Source: Antechinus flavipes
Taxonomy: Eukaryota
DNA: 64,000 nt
Reading direction: 5' to 3'
Assembly: GCF_016432865.1 (NCBI RefSeq)
Contig: NC_067399.1
Span: 244,404,001 to 244,468,000, forward strand
Shown here one piece after another: positions 61,060 to 64,000 of the stretch (position 1 is the first letter of the stretch; each line of letters opens with the position of its first letter). The notes under the pieces are model-generated. The model made no database searches and was not told the DNA's origin. It worked only from the letters and a program-made list of their open reading frames with translations. The translations under genes were made by a program, and so were the position numbers.

Positions 61060-61287
61060 AATAAGAGCATCTGGTGATAAAATAAGAAAAATATCTTTCT
61101 GAATCCAAATCTGGCCTCATATGTTTATTAGCTGTGTAACTCTGGGCAAGTCATCCTATTTGCCTCAGTTTCCTCATCTGTAAAATGAGCTGGAGAAGGA
61201 AATGGCGAAGCATTCCAGGATCTTGCCAAGAAAACCCTAAAGGAGATCCCAAAGAATGGGGAATGACTGAAATGATTGAGCAACAAC
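61060..61287 (+). mobile_element. MAR1-type CORE SINE
   Basis: gggcaagtcatcctatttgcctcagtttcctcatctgtaaaatgagctggagaaggaaatggcg...cttgccaagaaaaccc. Confidence 0.78.
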
Positions 61288-64000
61288 ATATATTTACAGA
61301 TGAAAAGTATCTTGGAGGTTCTCTAACCTAATACTTTGATTTGACTAATAAAGAAAATGAGTTTCAGAAAGTATGAAGGTGTGTGAATTGCCTCACACAG
61401 ATAGCAAATGTCAACTAAACTTCTGGGTCCAGTGTTACTTCATCTTCAACAGAATTACAAATGAATTTTGGCATGTGACATTTACTAGCCTAGTATCCAT
61501 GAGGATTCCCTCTCAAGTGGTAGTTTTATCTTTCTGAACCTTATCTTCTTTATGTTTAAAATGGGAATTATCCACATGAAACAGGTAATGTTATATGGAG
61601 CTGGTGCTTTATAAACCTTACAATGCTACTTTTATCAATGGAAGAAAAGGGAAAGTATGTTTATTAAGAAATTACTATGTGCAAAGCATTGAATTCAGTC
61701 TCAGAGAAATTACAAGTTTGGATAAGGCATCCTGCATAGAGGTTATAATAGCAGAGAGAGAAGACAAAAATAGGTACTAACACTGTTCAATGATAACTAT
61801 ATCTTTAGAGAGTGTAAAAAAACAATTTGGCTAAGTACACAGAGATTCTGATGTGCTAATAGGTTTGCCATCAAGGCAGGCTCATATTTATTCCTGTCTC
61901 CATTTCTAAGTCATCAAAATGTCTCAGTCCCAAGCAGTACTAGTCCCCAAGAGAGGGCTCACATTTTGATTACAATCTGTGTTCTCTTCAACCGGAAAAT
62001 AAAGCAGAGACCATCAGCCTTGAAATGCCATTTTTTCCACTGACTTCCATGTGAAAGGGGGGTGGGGGAAGGAGAGAAAGAGGAGGGAGTGTGTGGTTCA
62101 TATTAAAGCCTTTACCTCAATTTCCCAGTGTCCCATTTGAGAAATAACCCAGCACCCAATTCGGAGGAATTTCTAAGACACAAAACAGCCAGAGTCACAG
62201 TAAGAAAACAGAGATGATTTTTGGTTCTTCTCCCCTTCGATTTATTAAGTGGATATAAGGCAATTAAGAGCCCAGTGGTAAAGTAGTTAAAATGCAAGTA
62301 GGTGCCTTTATTGTTTCCTCCAAAAGGAAACAGTCAACCAGCAACCTATATCATATAAACATTTATTACTCAATGTAGATTATGAGACCCACAGCCATTT
62401 AAAAGTCTTTTTCTCAATGAATGTTCAATTTCAAGTTAGGGGGAGAAAAAAGGAATTTTTGTAGGAAGGAGTGGGGAACAGAGTGACCTCATAAGGTTAA
62501 TGCAAAAAAAAAAAAAAAAAAGATTAAAAAATCCTTACCCAGCCCCTACGAAGATGAAGTTCAGAGAGATAAACTTCCATTTGAGAGGGCATTCTCATAG
62601 ACACTTAGCTAGTAAGTGTCACAATCCAGAATTCTATCCTAGTTTCTTGATATCAAATATAGTACTTTATACGAAACAATACTTGTCCTAAACATATTTT
62701 GTCTCCCTTCAAACTATAGCTGCTGTAATTCAAAAATCTCCAAATTGTTGCTTTACCAAGATTTCTGTTTAGTGGAAACACAAAGGCTACCTATAATTTA
62801 CCAGAAAAGGAGCGTCTTTCACTCTTGTCACATTGATCTCTTGGACCCAGTGATCATCTTAACTCCCAAGATAAAGTCTGGAGTAAGGAGTGTGGAAGAG
62901 TGGGATAGTTTCCAAATCATTCCAGTGTTTACTTAAACTAATCTATAATCTTTAAAGGTCAGAAAGAACAATTAGCATGTTTAACTCTTTAAATCTCAAT
63001 TCTAGTGATTTTGAAAGTTCTAGAATTGTGTAAACTCATTATTTCTCTCCCTTCTTCCAAATGGAGATTCCCATCTTCTAACCTTTCTAACCATGTGATC
63101 ATGAGCATGTTTGATGTTCTCTTTTGGCTTCAGTTTCCTGATCTGTAGAGTAGGAATATTATACCAATAACAACTAACTCATGGTATAGTTATTAAACAT
63201 AAAGCACAATTTGAAAGTTAATAACTATTTTTAAAAATCGTTTTCACAGGTTGTTTTGTTAGAGCATTTATTTCAAGTTTTTTTTGTTTGTTTGTTTTGT
63301 TTTTTTTAATGAGTATTTATCACTCTCAGAAGAGATCTGCTCGCCTAGTCTCTTAGTATCTTTTTAATTTACTTTAAGTTTGATGCACTGGACACAAATT
63401 AAGGTGGAAAATCAATATTAAATAAGAGAACAAAATGGGAGGATTGTGGAAAAATTGCATAGAAATAAGGGACTATTGTACAACTATGAATTAGCTCAGC
63501 TTATTAGCACATGAAGACCAAGGTCATGGTTCAGTCGCTACAGGAATTGAACACAATATTATCAGATCAAATAATAAAACGCTGTAATTTTAAAATTATC
63601 AACAAAGCAGCAAATTAGAAAGTAAGCCTTGATCTCTTCACAGCCAGACATCCTCTAATACCAGGCAACCTTCTTCCAAATATGTGCCCTCTGTCATAAA
63701 AGGCGCCAAATGAGAAAATGCAGATGGATTGATACAAATCCATGCTTACCACCAGGAAAACCCAAAACTCATGTTCAATTGTTGCTAAGTTAATAATATC
63801 TCCATGTCCCACGTGAAGGGCATATGTGATGGGGGAATGTCAATATCCAGAAAGGAAGAAAAGACAACTTTCCCGAGTGTGTACTGGCAAATGCCCAAGT
63901 GTATATCATGAACTAAAAAGAAAAAAAAAAATCAGGAAACAGTTAACATAGTCTAAAATTTTGGTGCCAAAAATGCTTGAGAGGGATGAAGTGTGCTAGA

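Larger units (their letters stand above)
26150..64000 (-). other. BMP7: BMP7 intron 1 (partial, at least 37.8 kb)
   Basis: Precedes the exon 2 acceptor on the minus strand. No CpG island or exon 1 signal-peptide coding sequence is seen up to 64000. Confidence 0.85.

Noticed and set aside
1-64000. A novel multi-gene system, CRISPR array, operon or RNA gene
   Set aside because: The window is mammalian intronic DNA. I found no regularly spaced repeat-spacer array, no rRNA/tRNA/snRNA I can recognise and no long ORFs. The tRNA-like boxes belong to SINE heads.

Overview
Vertebrate genomic DNA, AT-rich and CpG-poor. The repeat content (WSINE1-type and MAR1-type SINEs, marsupial L1 3' ends, abundant L2/MIR/L3, hAT MITEs) points to a marsupial, most likely a dasyurid such as the Tasmanian devil; this is an inference from remembered repeat consensuses. 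The only coding sequence I can support is one 193-bp internal exon of BMP7 (exon 2, prodomain) on the minus strand at 25957-26149, with canonical AG/GT boundaries. I found neither exon 1 nor exon 3, so the rest of the window is read as BMP7 intron 2 (1-25956) and intron 1 (26150-64000). These introns hold old and younger retroelements, DNA-transposon MITEs, a CpG-retaining solo LTR nested in an L3/CR1 RT remnant, microsatellites, four assembly gaps and several repeat-free, motif-dense blocks that look like developmental enhancers. I see no evidence of a novel multi-gene system. The leads most worth testing are a candidate recursive splice site / 18-nt poison microexon in intron 2, the enhancer-like blocks, the solo LTR and a perfect 25-bp double-GATA palindrome. 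Repeat boundaries are by eye and approximate unless target-site duplications (TSDs) are given. Motif calls are hypotheses, since short motifs occur by chance in 64 kb.
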